This document shows positions 36,546 to 47,542 of a DNA stretch of 64,000 nt, piece after piece (position 1 is the first letter of the stretch; every line of letters starts with the position of its first letter). Under the pieces are notes generated by a model. It saw only the letters and a program-made list of their open reading frames with translations. It made no database searches and was not told where the DNA came from. Origin of the DNA: Hydrolagus affinis (lineage: Eukaryota); the NCBI GenBank assembly GCA_012026655.1, contig JAAILG010001328.1, positions 1 to 64,000 on the forward strand, given 5' to 3'. A program made the position numbers and the translations under genes.

Positions 36546-36964
36546 TCTAAAAAAAACAGATGTCTGCACTTTTTCATTCACTTGCTTGGGGCCTATTCAT
36601 CATTAAAGATAACAAATGGTTATTCCAAATGGCTTCTATGTTTTTTCTGAATTTATATATATTTTTGATACACTGGAAGATTTGGGGAAAATTGGTAGAC
36701 ATTATAATGTAAAGATTTGGATATTTCTAACTGCAATCGTTGTTTGTTTGCTTCTTCAAATGTTAGGAAGGCATTCAATGTCGGTGAAAATCAACCCAAA
36801 TTCTATTTTTATTATACTGTATGTGAAAATATATTTTCAGAGTAAATGAAGTGCCTCAGACATCTTCGACAGAACACGCTATATCAAATGCAAGGATTAT
36901 TATTATTAATTATTATTTGATATGATTCATGCACGTACAGCGGTGTTGTAACTTTAACTACAAA

Positions 36965-37260
36965 ATGTAGAAAAAGTTAAACAGGAACAGGGGGAGGCCA
37001 TTGAACCTATTGAGCCTGTTCAAGCAGTTTATTAAATCTGGACAGATCTTTTAATCTCAATGCTTTACCCTTTCACCATATCCTTTAATACCACCCAAGT
37101 ATCTGCCTATCTTGTTTTTAAACATTCCAAGTTATTCCACCTCTCTTGCTTTCTGATGCAGAGCATTCCACATCTTCATTACCCTGTCTGTGAAGAAATG
37201 CTTGCTGACCTCAGTTCTAACCATCTTAGTTGTGAATTTAAGGCTATGTCACTCTGCAAC
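36965..37260 (-). mobile_element. CR1 LINE 3' fragment
   Basis: aggaacagggggaggccattgaacctattgagcctgtt...gcagagcattccaca...ctgtgaagaaatgcttgctga. Confidence 0.7.
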
Positions 37261-37444
37261 GGATTAAGTAAGATTTTCATCCACCATGTGTTAAGATCAG
37301 GCCTCTTAGAAGACAACACAGTTTATCATAAATCAGTAGTGATGGATTAAGGGTTGAATGATTCAGGTATTTGCCTAAGAAAAATAAATGTGTTTCTTTT
37401 TGTTTATTACACCACAAGATGCACTAGTCCTGGGAACCATTGAA

Positions 37445-37655
37445 TATTGGAACATAGAAAGTCATTCATACCTGTGCTAGCTCTTCGAAAGTGTGACCCA
37501 TTCAGTTTCATTACCAGTTTTTTCTTCCTTATATCTATCTAGTTGTTTCTTGAAAGCCACCATATGGATGCTGCCTCAACCACTGCTTGAGGAGGACATT
37601 GTACACAATGACAGCTCTCTATCTAAACATATTCCACCTAATCTCCTTCTTTGCT
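37445..37655 (-). mobile_element. CR1 LINE 3' fragment
   Basis: aacatagaaagtcattc...cctgtgctagctcttcgaaag...tatctagttgtttcttgaaag...gcctcaaccac. Confidence 0.55.
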
Positions 37656-37943
37656 CCTTTGGTAATTGGGGTATATTTCCACCATCGTCAGTAACACTTC
37701 TCCGAGGTCAGGGATTCATTGTGGTCAAAGGTCATTAATCCTTTCCCCCCACCCACCAATGACTTCCAATATTTTGGGTTTCCTTTTCCCCTTATATATA
37801 CAATTCCACCACTAAAGAGAAGGAGAGTGAATACATGAGAAGTTCTTAAGCATCTGTCTGTCAATAGATCAAGTAATCTATTCAAAAGGTATGCTGAGAG
37901 TGCAAGAGATATGCTTCTGATTTGCTGCCTTATCTGGAGAGAT

Positions 37944-38050
37944 TAATAATAACCGTTGCCTTTGATATAGTGTTTTATCACATCATCAAGCATCTCAAAG
38001 CACCTCACAGGACATACTGTAAAGTGTAGTGACTGCATTTTGTGAGTAAA
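37944..38050 (-). mobile_element. SINE tail fragment
   Basis: taataataaccgttgcctttgatatagtg...catctcaaagcacctcacagg. Confidence 0.7.
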
Positions 38051-40239
38051 AATAGATTGGACCATGTAGGTACAGAAATATTTTCCAAAAGGTTGATTCT
38101 AGGGTTAATTCCATTTCTAATCATACAATGTAGGTATATTACAATAATCTTTAAATATATGGTTGTGATTTTTAATGGTCATTTTGCAGGTGTCAACTAA
38201 GTGTCTGACACATTTGGATGCCCATTCACCATGTTTAAGGATATCCAAACCAGACTGAGCATTTAACATATGCATGCCCCCTACAAATAGCCATTTCTGT
38301 AATCTAATAAACTGCAGAAAATATCAGTCTATTTTGAAATCCATCAAGAAAATAATAATTGTTGGTCGTTACATACAAGGCGTCCTCCTGGCATGAAATG
38401 CATCATACAAACGTAAACTGTTTGGTATTGCTTTGGTCAGAATTTTTTTTGCCAAAGATCGTCTGTAAATATATGGGGCACCACTTTGGGAAAACATCGA
38501 AACAAAACTGAGGAATGTGGCAGCACTCCTCTATTTAGAGGATTTATCAAATAAAGTTAATCTCAGAATAATAATAAATAAGGAAGCTGGCTTTTCTTGA
38601 GCCTGATCCTTTTTTTTACAGCATCTGAGATTCTAGCAGAATTGTTAAACCATCTAAACTGGTTACTTGGATGACAAATTACAATACAGTATTTTAAAAA
38701 GTGTTCATATCCACTGTACATACTCCCTTTCCCACATATATGTACACACAGAATTATAAATTGCTTATGTATAATATATATATTAATATGTATTTAAAGA
38801 TTGAATTTTTAAAGAGGTGAAAGTTGAATCCTCAGTAAATGTTTGCCTCCTCTCGATTAGATTTGGATCCTCTGAACTATTTTCCCAGGAACTTGTGCAT
38901 GCAGGGAATCTGAGCATGCTCCACTGCTCTGACCCCTGCTTCAGGAGACTGCTTGAGATAAAGGCTGAAAGTACTACATACAAAATGCAGACCATCAGCA
39001 ATGGAACCAGGTATACTGAACTGCTCTTGACATATACCAGCTGTGAACCAACTGACCTGTGGTCAGCAAGTGAGATTCATAACAAAGACCCCCAAACCCA
39101 CAAATAAAGCTCGTACCAGTGAATATTTTTACTTTTTTTTTATTAAGGCAATAATATCTTTTACAAACAAATTGTGAATAAAAGATAGGGAAAATATATT
39201 TATGTAGATCCACTTCAGCAAAGTAGTTTTAGATATGATATACAATGCATACAATTATTTATAACATCCTGCAGCTTTGCAGATTTTCCCTGCTCAGGAC
39301 AGAGTGACCTAAGCTTGAACTTTTCTTTCTCTTGCCACTGCATTTCATGGTCAGACATTCCTGGCAGTCTCCAAATTACATTATGAGGAAACTGCTAATA
39401 CCTTGCTTATCCTGCCTGCCCTGTGCCATGCTATGCTGCTTTTACAGAGTACAATGGATTTTCTATGCTGCATGGTAGAACTCCCACAGTTTACACACCC
39501 ATCCACATTGATTCACTCTGTTGCAATCTTATATCCTGCAAGAAAAAAAAGTTTTACAAGGATACGCTTTTAAGCAAGTTCAGTGTTTGTGCAGAAGAGT
39601 TTTACTTGTGTTTCAATAACTTGTTACTTTATTACTTTAAATGCACAAAGATGTTTGTCCCCGGAGCCTAGGCTTGTGAAGTATTAACCCCATCCATCAG
39701 CCCTCTGTAGCCTAGAGTTCAGTCTTGCCAGATGGGGCAGGATTGTTGCCTTCATCAGTCGAGCTTTGGCCCGTAGGTATAAAGGATAATGAGGCAGAGT
39801 TTATACAATACCGTTTACCAGTTGGACGGGGCCCATCATCAAAGACATGTCCCAGATGTGCACCACACTGAAATAAAATAGCAAAAGTAATTGCTTTCTT
39901 GTAACATAAAGGATGTTTTAGATTGCTGGTATATACTCTACATCATTCATCACAAAGTAGTAAACTCCAGATAACATCTAAATATTCCTTCTGATCTAAC
40001 CTTTCACCCTTTAATAGCAGCTATTTCTGCACCATGTTAAAAAAAAGTCCTTTTAGCAACATCATGAAGGATTGTAGATTCAAAATTATATTCCACATGA
40101 TTTTAGCCCAATGAATATTACACACCTGTGAACATACTCCAACTCTAGGGGGGAATGCTGAGGACAAAACAACACTATCAAAATGACAGCACAAGTCTGT
40201 CAGTACAAATTAGAAATAATAAAGACTCTTTTTTTTAAG

Positions 40240-40620
40240 GCTTTCCGCTTTAACCATTCCTATTGTACACACATGGATGCCTGTCAAGCCACAACACGAA
40301 TGCTGCACGCCGAGATTGGGCTGCATGCTGGTGACAAACAATGATGCTATGTTAAAGAGGAGGGAGTCTGCTTTATGCAACTAAGGCCTTGTCACTTGTG
40401 TGAACGCTCAGCTGCTTGCCAGGATCGATCTTCCTTTTGCTGCCAGGCAGGCAAAAATAATCCTCCTATCCCTCGGCACTCTCCCCCCAGAATTTATATT
40501 CTGTGCTTGATCAGTTACAATTCAGATTGACACATTCCAATGCATGTGCAGCTTTAATCAAGCCTCTTAATTGGTTCATTTATGTTCAGTATTGAATGAA
40601 TCATTCACTTTCTTGTGGAT
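40240..40620. promoter_or_regulatory. Candidate conserved non-coding element
   Basis: No recognised repeat; locally GC-richer; several TGACA/TGTCA, AACAAT, TAAT motifs. Conservation not tested. Confidence 0.35.
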
Positions 40621-42224
40621 TTTAACTTATTTTCTTACTTATTGGTGAAGACAAGCTTGTGGGATATGCTCAATGGTTCTTTCACACTCAATTACTGGTA
40701 GAGTATATATTGTCCATGGTATGTTGCATTCTAACCACAAGTAATGTTCAGACTAGATTACATTGAACACTTCATAGTGTAAAAAAAGGAGAATGAGATT
40801 CGCTGTTGTGAGCAAAGTAATATAGTATTTGTGCTGCAAAGCTAAGGAATGTTTGCTCTGTATGAAAATACAGGAAGATTTCAAGTAGAAGGAATCCTTT
40901 ATCTTGAAAAAACAAACACATAACATTCAGTTTTTTTTAAAGGTGTGTGTGTTGGAAGAGAGAAATATGTCACAAAATTAAAAGTGGGAATTTCATCAAA
41001 ATAATTTTAATGTTAAAATCACTTCAAAGATCTGAAGCTTTGGGAGGAAGGGGAATTTATTGCTGACAAACTATTTTGATGAATTATCATTTAAGTAATA
41101 TTAATTAACATCTAATACTGTACTTGGCATCATTCCATCATTGGAACACTTTGCTGAGGAATGTGGTTTGCAAATAGTGATTCTTCACAGAAGATTCCTA
41201 TCAGGCAAAAATCTATTTTTTTTCTGATTTAAGTAACTGACTTAAGCAGCTGGTTATACAGGTACTAGTTTTAAACAAATCCCTAAACTCCTCCTTTCCT
41301 CCCTACCCACATGTGTTCAATAAGCAGGAGCCTAGCTGAGTAAGTTTGTGCAAACAGCAATACTACAGCAGGCAATTCCCAATTTAAATTCACAAATTCA
41401 CTCGCCTGCTCCTTACCCATTGACGGAAGGAAGTAGGCCGCATTCTGAACTACATCAATAGCGCTCTGTGAATGCAATGCTGACTAGGTGACTATGCTGT
41501 CTGGGATGAAGACTGGTAAGGCAGTAGTAAGGATAAGCTGCAATAAGAGGTGTAAAGAGGACCCAGTTGGCAAAAGAAGAGGGACTCAGTGAGCTCCTCA
41601 GGGGTAGGAGAGTGACAATGGTCAAAGGCTGGTGAGTGCCCCTTGCATTGCTCTAATTCTGTTTTTTAAAAAGACGATATAGAAAGTGGCAATCCAATTC
41701 ACCAAGGACAATGTCAAACTCTTCCTTGAAACCCTGATTGTGATGGGCTCTTGTAAAGTAGGAAGGTAAGAATATTTTCTTGGATTCTCCATGCCCAGGA
41801 GTATAAACATAGTCCAATCACATTGTCAATAAGTGGATACTTACATTGCTGCAGCTAATCTCAACCCTGTGCATGCCATGGGAGAAGTCATCAATGGTGG
41901 TTATTGCTTCGTGATTTAGTATGTCAAAGAAAGATGGCCAACCTGCAGAATAATAAAATAAAACATTAACGGACAGATTCTTACATCCCAGTTGATTTAA
42001 TAATTAATAAACACAAGAGCTTAGTTGTTGTAGATGAACAATTACACTGCAAAGCACTGTATTTAGTAATAATGAAGGCAGGTTTTACCAATGAAAACAC
42101 CAGTCTATGTCTTGTATTTTGCTTCTACCTGTATTTCTCCCTTCCCATCTTCTCTCTCGAAATCAATGATTCATACTGGTGTATAGCTGCACCGCCAGCA
42201 GCCACACTCACTTTGCCATTGTTC

Positions 42225-42455
42225 ACGCCTGCTCTTTCAAGCAAGTATTACCATTTGACCAATAGGGTGTATCACAGCGGAGGCTGATTTTGCCGAGCAA
42301 TCAACAGTGGCATCTATGGCCCATTTCCCTCCTCCTTTACTTATGAGGTTAAGGCTAATTGTAGTCATGTATCCCCGACTGAAATAAGCTAGGGCTCAGC
42401 AGAGATAGGAGATGAAACTTGGGAGCTTTTACATGGCTTTAATCATTGAGCCAAT
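42225..42455 (-). mobile_element. LF-SINE-like fragment
   Basis: aggctaattgtag...ccgactgaaataagctagggctcagcagaga...gatgaaacttgggag...ttgagcca. Confidence 0.5.
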
Positions 42456-43244
42456 GTTTTGTTTTAATCATTTGCCCATGCATTATTATGGTAAAGTGCA
42501 GTTAAATCTTTGCTTTTCAGCACTCCAAGACACTATCCTGTGTGAGGGGTACTAATATAAATGCAAATTTGTTGTTGCTGTAATAATGGTAATGCCAAGA
42601 AAGTGTATGCACCAATACACCAATAAACAAGGTATATTTCTAAAACTCTTATAAATGAATATACCACAATAGAAATCATTGCCCAGGAATGTGCATATAC
42701 CTGTACAATTATTATCAACGGGTTCGTTCAATCCTCACCAGTTACAATATAGCACAAGCAACAACCATATACTATATTTATAAAACATCACTTGAAGTTC
42801 TCTACTGGGTCAGGAGATGGTGGAAAAAGAGGGTCAGACAGCAAGAAACAGCAAATAAAATTGAAGGGAAAATGTAAGCACACAGAATTTATTTTAAAAA
42901 ATGAATAACTATTTTATTTTTACATTTAATTGAATGGGTTTCAGGTTGTTACAGTAACAAATGACGATAACATAATAATCTTTAAACCTTATATTTTGGC
43001 ATAGTGCCTTTCATGTCAGGCTGACGTCTCAAAGTGCTTCAGCATGTACAGTTAAGTAGAGTGACTGTGTTTGGTGGTTTAGTAAGTTTATTACAGTAAT
43101 AATTGGAGATGGTAAAGAAAAAGATGGCTTTAGGAGAGCCACTTACAAAACCATGGATATAATTGTATTGGTTGCCATTGCGAAATCATTAAAAGGACTG
43201 TTGAATGCAATTGTTTCTTATTCGTAACATTTTCTATAATAAAA

Positions 43245-43612
43245 TGCCACAGATATTCAAAATTATGCAAAAGGATTTGAAAATTCAATAGGGTGAACAA
43301 GGAGAAACTATTTCTGCTGGCGAGTGGGTCGGTAACCCGAGGACACCAATTCAAAATATTTCTTAAAAGAAACACAGGGGAGGTGAGGAGAAATGTTTTC
43401 ATACAGTGAGTTGTTCGGATCTGGAATATATTGCTTGAAAGGGTGGTGGAAGCCAATTTTATAACAACTCGTAAGTGAGAAGTAGATACTTATCTGCGGG
43501 ACTATGGGGAGAGAGCTAGGGAGTGGGATTGACTTGGACAGCTCTTTTCGAAGAGCCGGCACAAACACGATGGGCCAAATGGCCTCCTTCTGTGTTGCAT
43601 AGATCCATGGTT
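43245..43612 (+). mobile_element. CR1 LINE 3' end (ORF2 C-terminal relic + 3' UTR), nested in an older L2 relic (~42975-43805, minus)
   Basis: acccgaggacaccaattcaaa (TRGH..K motif), tggaatatattg, gaagagccggcacaaacacgatgggccaaatggcctccttctgtg. Confidence 0.85.
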
Positions 43613-43892
43613 GGTATTAAATGTGGGAAAGGAAGAAATTAGGCAGAAGGAGAGCAAAGGCAGCTCGCCCATTGACAGTGCGAAGGATCAGGCGAGAGAC
43701 GAAAAGGCCTGATGTTCATTTCAGGCAGGAGGATTGCAGGAGGTAGTTTGCAAGACAAAAGCTGTGAGAGTGTTTGAAGGGTTGAACCGGATTTGACACA
43801 ACAGGAACTGTATCTGAAATAGCTTAATTTAAAAAAACATGTTACAAACTGTTTCTAAATGTTCTAGAATTGATTGAATTTGTTTGAAAAAT

Positions 43893-44350
43893 GAGAACAA
43901 CAATAACTTGCATTTATATAGTGTTTTTCATGCTGGATGACATCTCGGAGTGCCTAAATTACTTTAATCCACATTACAGAGATGCATAATGTGATAAAAA
44001 AGCAGGTTTCTTGAGACTGGCCCTGAAGGAGGCAAGGGAGGAAGTGAGGTGAAGGGACTGTGGGATGGAGTTCCAGAGTATCGGAGCAGAGAGGCTGAAA
44101 GCCCGGCCACCGATGGTAGGACAGGTCGGGCAGAAGACATGGAGCAGACTAGAGCCCGTTGAATGGAGTGGATGGGCAAGTTGCAGAGGTAGAAAGGGGC
44201 AAGGCCATGGATGGCCTTGAAGATAAGGACAAGGATCTTGAATTCAATCCTCTGGGGGATGAGGAGCCAATGGAGCCGGGCAAGGGTGAGAGTAATAGGG
44301 TCGCGGATCCTTGTGCTGGAAAGGACGCAAGCTGCAGAGTTTGGGATGAT
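43893..44350 (-). mobile_element. L2 LINE 3' fragment encoding decayed ORF2 C-terminus
   Basis: ORF 43964-44380 contains NSAACVL...ITLTLARLHWLLIPQRIEFKILVLIFKAIHGLAPFYL, the hallmark L2 ORF2 LHWLP..RI.FK...KA..GLAP.YL motif; L2 tail at 43893-43955. Confidence 0.9.
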
Positions 44351-44384
44351 AATTATCATTATTGGGGGTCTCTCCATCAACAGT

Positions 44385-44510
44385 TTATAGAAACATAGAA
44401 ACAGTAGATCATCAGCCTCTCAAGTCTGTTCCGCCTTTCTATTAAATCATACCTGATCTGTACCTCAACTTAAATTACCCGTCTTTGCCCATATCTTTTG
44501 ATATCCCTAC
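44385..44510 (-). mobile_element. CR1 extreme 3' end
   Basis: atagaaacatagaaac repeat, atcagcctctcaagtctgttccgcc...ctgatctgtacctcaact. Confidence 0.75.
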
Positions 44511-45949
44511 AAGCGCGCTTCATGTCTCCTGCCCATTCCTTCGCACTATCCCCAAACTTCATTGCCATTGCATTGATTATCTTAGTTCTCATTACAACAA
44601 ACAGACATTCATAGAACATTTTTCATATCAGAAGAATATTTCAAATTATTATCTTATTATTAATATTATCTCACCAAGGCAGTTAGAACCTGTGCCTGAT
44701 CAGTGTTGGTCCACTTTATAGGAGATTATCAGTCAAAATCCGAATGCAAAATCAATAATCCCCAATTATAATAGTCAAGCGGACACTACTGTACATCATG
44801 ATAAAATCTCAATTATAACCACTCTGTACTACCTACTGAATAAATATGGGTTGACAGTGACTCACAAGGCTGCAATTGAAATTGAGTCATTCGGTTTACC
44901 TCAAATGTTCACGAATGTTAGAGGAACCCAAGATTGAATTACAGCCTTAAAATCACTACCAGTGATTTGTTATTGTAAAGTATGTATATATATATTATAT
45001 ATACATATATATAGAGCGAGAGATAGGATTGACTGGATTAGATCAAAAAGAAATCACTAAACATGATTGGTCATTTTTTAAAGATGTAACATAATTGACG
45101 CAAATGTATTTTCATAGATAATGAAGATCATTTTTAGGAAGCCGGAAGTGAAAAATTGAGAAAGAAATGAATTAAATGCATCTGGAGTCTCAAAACAATG
45201 GAGAGGAGGATGGAGTTCAAAGCCAAGGAGAAGGAACCTAGTAACGCACACTTGCAATTCTAACTCGATGGGGTAATGAAACATCACTTTTACTGAGGCA
45301 ACAGAGAAGACCTAGTTGCACATTTTGCGCTCTCCAATAGAAAAGAAAATTATCTTAACTAACAGAAATATAGTACATCACAGCAAGTTCAAAACCAATG
45401 TGCAGGCTACAGTTGAAACACACATTTCTGCATGGAATTCATTGCATGGAGATAGATGCATCTGTATTCACCGGTAGTATGGTTGCAATGTTTAGCAACT
45501 AAATGTATGCAATTAACAACTCCTGTAGGAAACAGAAGTCTATTGTGCTAATCTTTAAGCACACTGGACTTTTTCCTGACGTGAAAGGTTCTACATCAAT
45601 ATAAATTTGTACTGTATCAAAACCTACTTTTCATGCAATATACGACCCATAATCAACATCTCTGCTGTTTGGTGTGAAGTACTGTACAATATTTAGTTTG
45701 TTAATTTGGTAACCGTGAGTTACAATGGTTACAAATTGTTACATATTAAACCCCCAAATGGAAAAAAACAGCTTTGAGCTGCTGGATATTAAAACAACTT
45801 GGAAATCATGGAAGTTCTTTACTTGCATATTTTATGACCATGAAGTTTATGTACAGTGAAGAATAGTCAGGGTTAATGAAGTAATGGTGCAGTTTATGAT
45901 TCCATAAAGCTTAGTCTTTTTTTCCCTCTCTTAGAAGCAGGCAGTCTCC

Positions 45950-46560
45950 CTTTTAATTCAGTGTAGAACATTATTTATTCAATGCACCAGACATAATGGT
46001 CACTTTAAGGTTACAGGAAGCAAGTCTGCAAAATATTTCCTCTGAAACATCCCCTGTCAAACCTCTAAGGCCTACCACAGCATTTCTGCACCACATCAAT
46101 AAATATGACAGGCTTAATGTTTTCAAAGTTTATTCAAATGCAGTTCTATTAAATGGTTTCTGAGTTCATATTCTTTATCTATTTCCATCTTTATTGCACT
46201 GCTGTTGCCAATTTCATAAAGCATTAGTATAGTTTCCTTAGGCATTTATTTACACTACACTGCTAGCTGCGCACACAATGCTCAGCTAATTTACTGTGTT
46301 TTATCTCAGATAACTTGGGCATTTATTACAGCCAGACCTGCAGAATGTATTTTCTTGTATGAGGCATGTGGACCACTGCAGAAGAAACATGAAGCAATGA
46401 AGCAATCTTTATGTTCTTTCCTCTGTCGTCGTCCACCCCCCACCCTTGAGAAACACAAAACAGTATAAATGCAATACACTTCCTCTTACCGCAGAGGAAT
46501 CTTGCAGACAAGTGTAAATAGAGTGTTTCTGTTTATTTCTCCCTGTTTTTATATATAATC
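45950..46560. promoter_or_regulatory. Candidate conserved non-coding element
   Basis: No recognised repeat; atcaataaatatgacag cluster, tatttac and tgttt Fox-like cores. Conservation not tested. Confidence 0.3.
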
Positions 46561-47096
46561 TTTTACAGTGTATATCTCATTGGCTGCAGTTATGTATTTT
46601 GCCTCAGGTTTCAGGATGGATCACTAAGAAAGGAAATTTCAAAATCCTATTTGGCTAAAAAGTCTTGGAAAGTTTCCACAGGATTCTACTTCTGGAACCC
46701 AGTTTCTTTTTTAAAATGGTTTTCCCTTTCAGGGCTGTCCTGTTTTAGAGTCTGCCAAACCAGACCTGCTTCTAGACTTAGGCTTACATTACAATACTGG
46801 CAACTCCCTTCAGAAACAAAGCTGTTTGCATGTACGTTGTGCAGATGCAAGAGTTAGGCTACAGAGTTAGACTGCCTAAAGGCTAGGCAAAGCTGAACTC
46901 AGTGTCATTAAATCCACTCCATATGTTGTACCTGAATGCATGCGTTTGTGAGCTGGGAATGCAATGTATGCATAGTGAAATACTAGCTTTTTGTAACACT
47001 GAAATTGAATGAAAGTAGTGACATCTCAGTGCGATGGCCAAAAAGCAGATGAATTCCAGATCACAAGCGGAAATGAAACATGGGTGTGGTTGTAAA

Positions 47097-47542
47097 ATAA
47101 TAATAATAAACTCTGCATTTGATATCGTGCTTTTCGCGTCTTCTAGACATCTCAAAGCGCTTCACAGAATATACTGTAAAGTGAATTGACTGTATATTTG
47201 TAGGTGAAATGAGGCAGCCAATCGCACACAATAGTGTCCCACAAACAAAGAAAGGAAAAGTGAGTCAACTTTCTCCATAGATGCTGCCTGACCTTTTAAG
47301 TGTTCCCAACAACTTCTGTTTGTGTTTCAGATTTCCAGCATCTGCAGTATTTTGTGTTTTTTGGTGTCCCACAAACAGTCGTGGATTGAATTGACCAATT
47401 TATTATTATTTTTTTTGGGGGGGATTATTATTAGGCCTGTAGAGTCAGGAAACATGCCTAAGGTTTTGCCCTACCTGGAATTGAACTCAGGTCTCAACAC
47501 TTGTAAGGCGATTGCTCTAACCACTGAGCTATAGGACTTCAC
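47097..47542 (-). mobile_element. Full-length young SINE interrupted by a Penelope-type fragment
   Basis: (taa)n tail to ctaaccactgagctataggacttcac head; body interrupted at gtgtcccacaaaca. Confidence 0.9.
47248..47363 (+). mobile_element. 116-bp Penelope-type terminal fragment with 14-bp target-site duplication
   Basis: gtgtcccacaaaca at 47234-47247 and 47364-47377; insert tctccatagatgctgcctgacc...ttcagatttccagcatctgcag matches the 55.6 kb copy. Confidence 0.75.

Noticed and set aside
41283-41440. Degenerate inverted repeats suggesting old MITEs (also 44867-44948)
   Set aside because: Arms too diverged and no target-site duplication visible
43964-44380. 138-aa ORF as a host gene
   Set aside because: It is a frameshifted L2 ORF2 C-terminal relic
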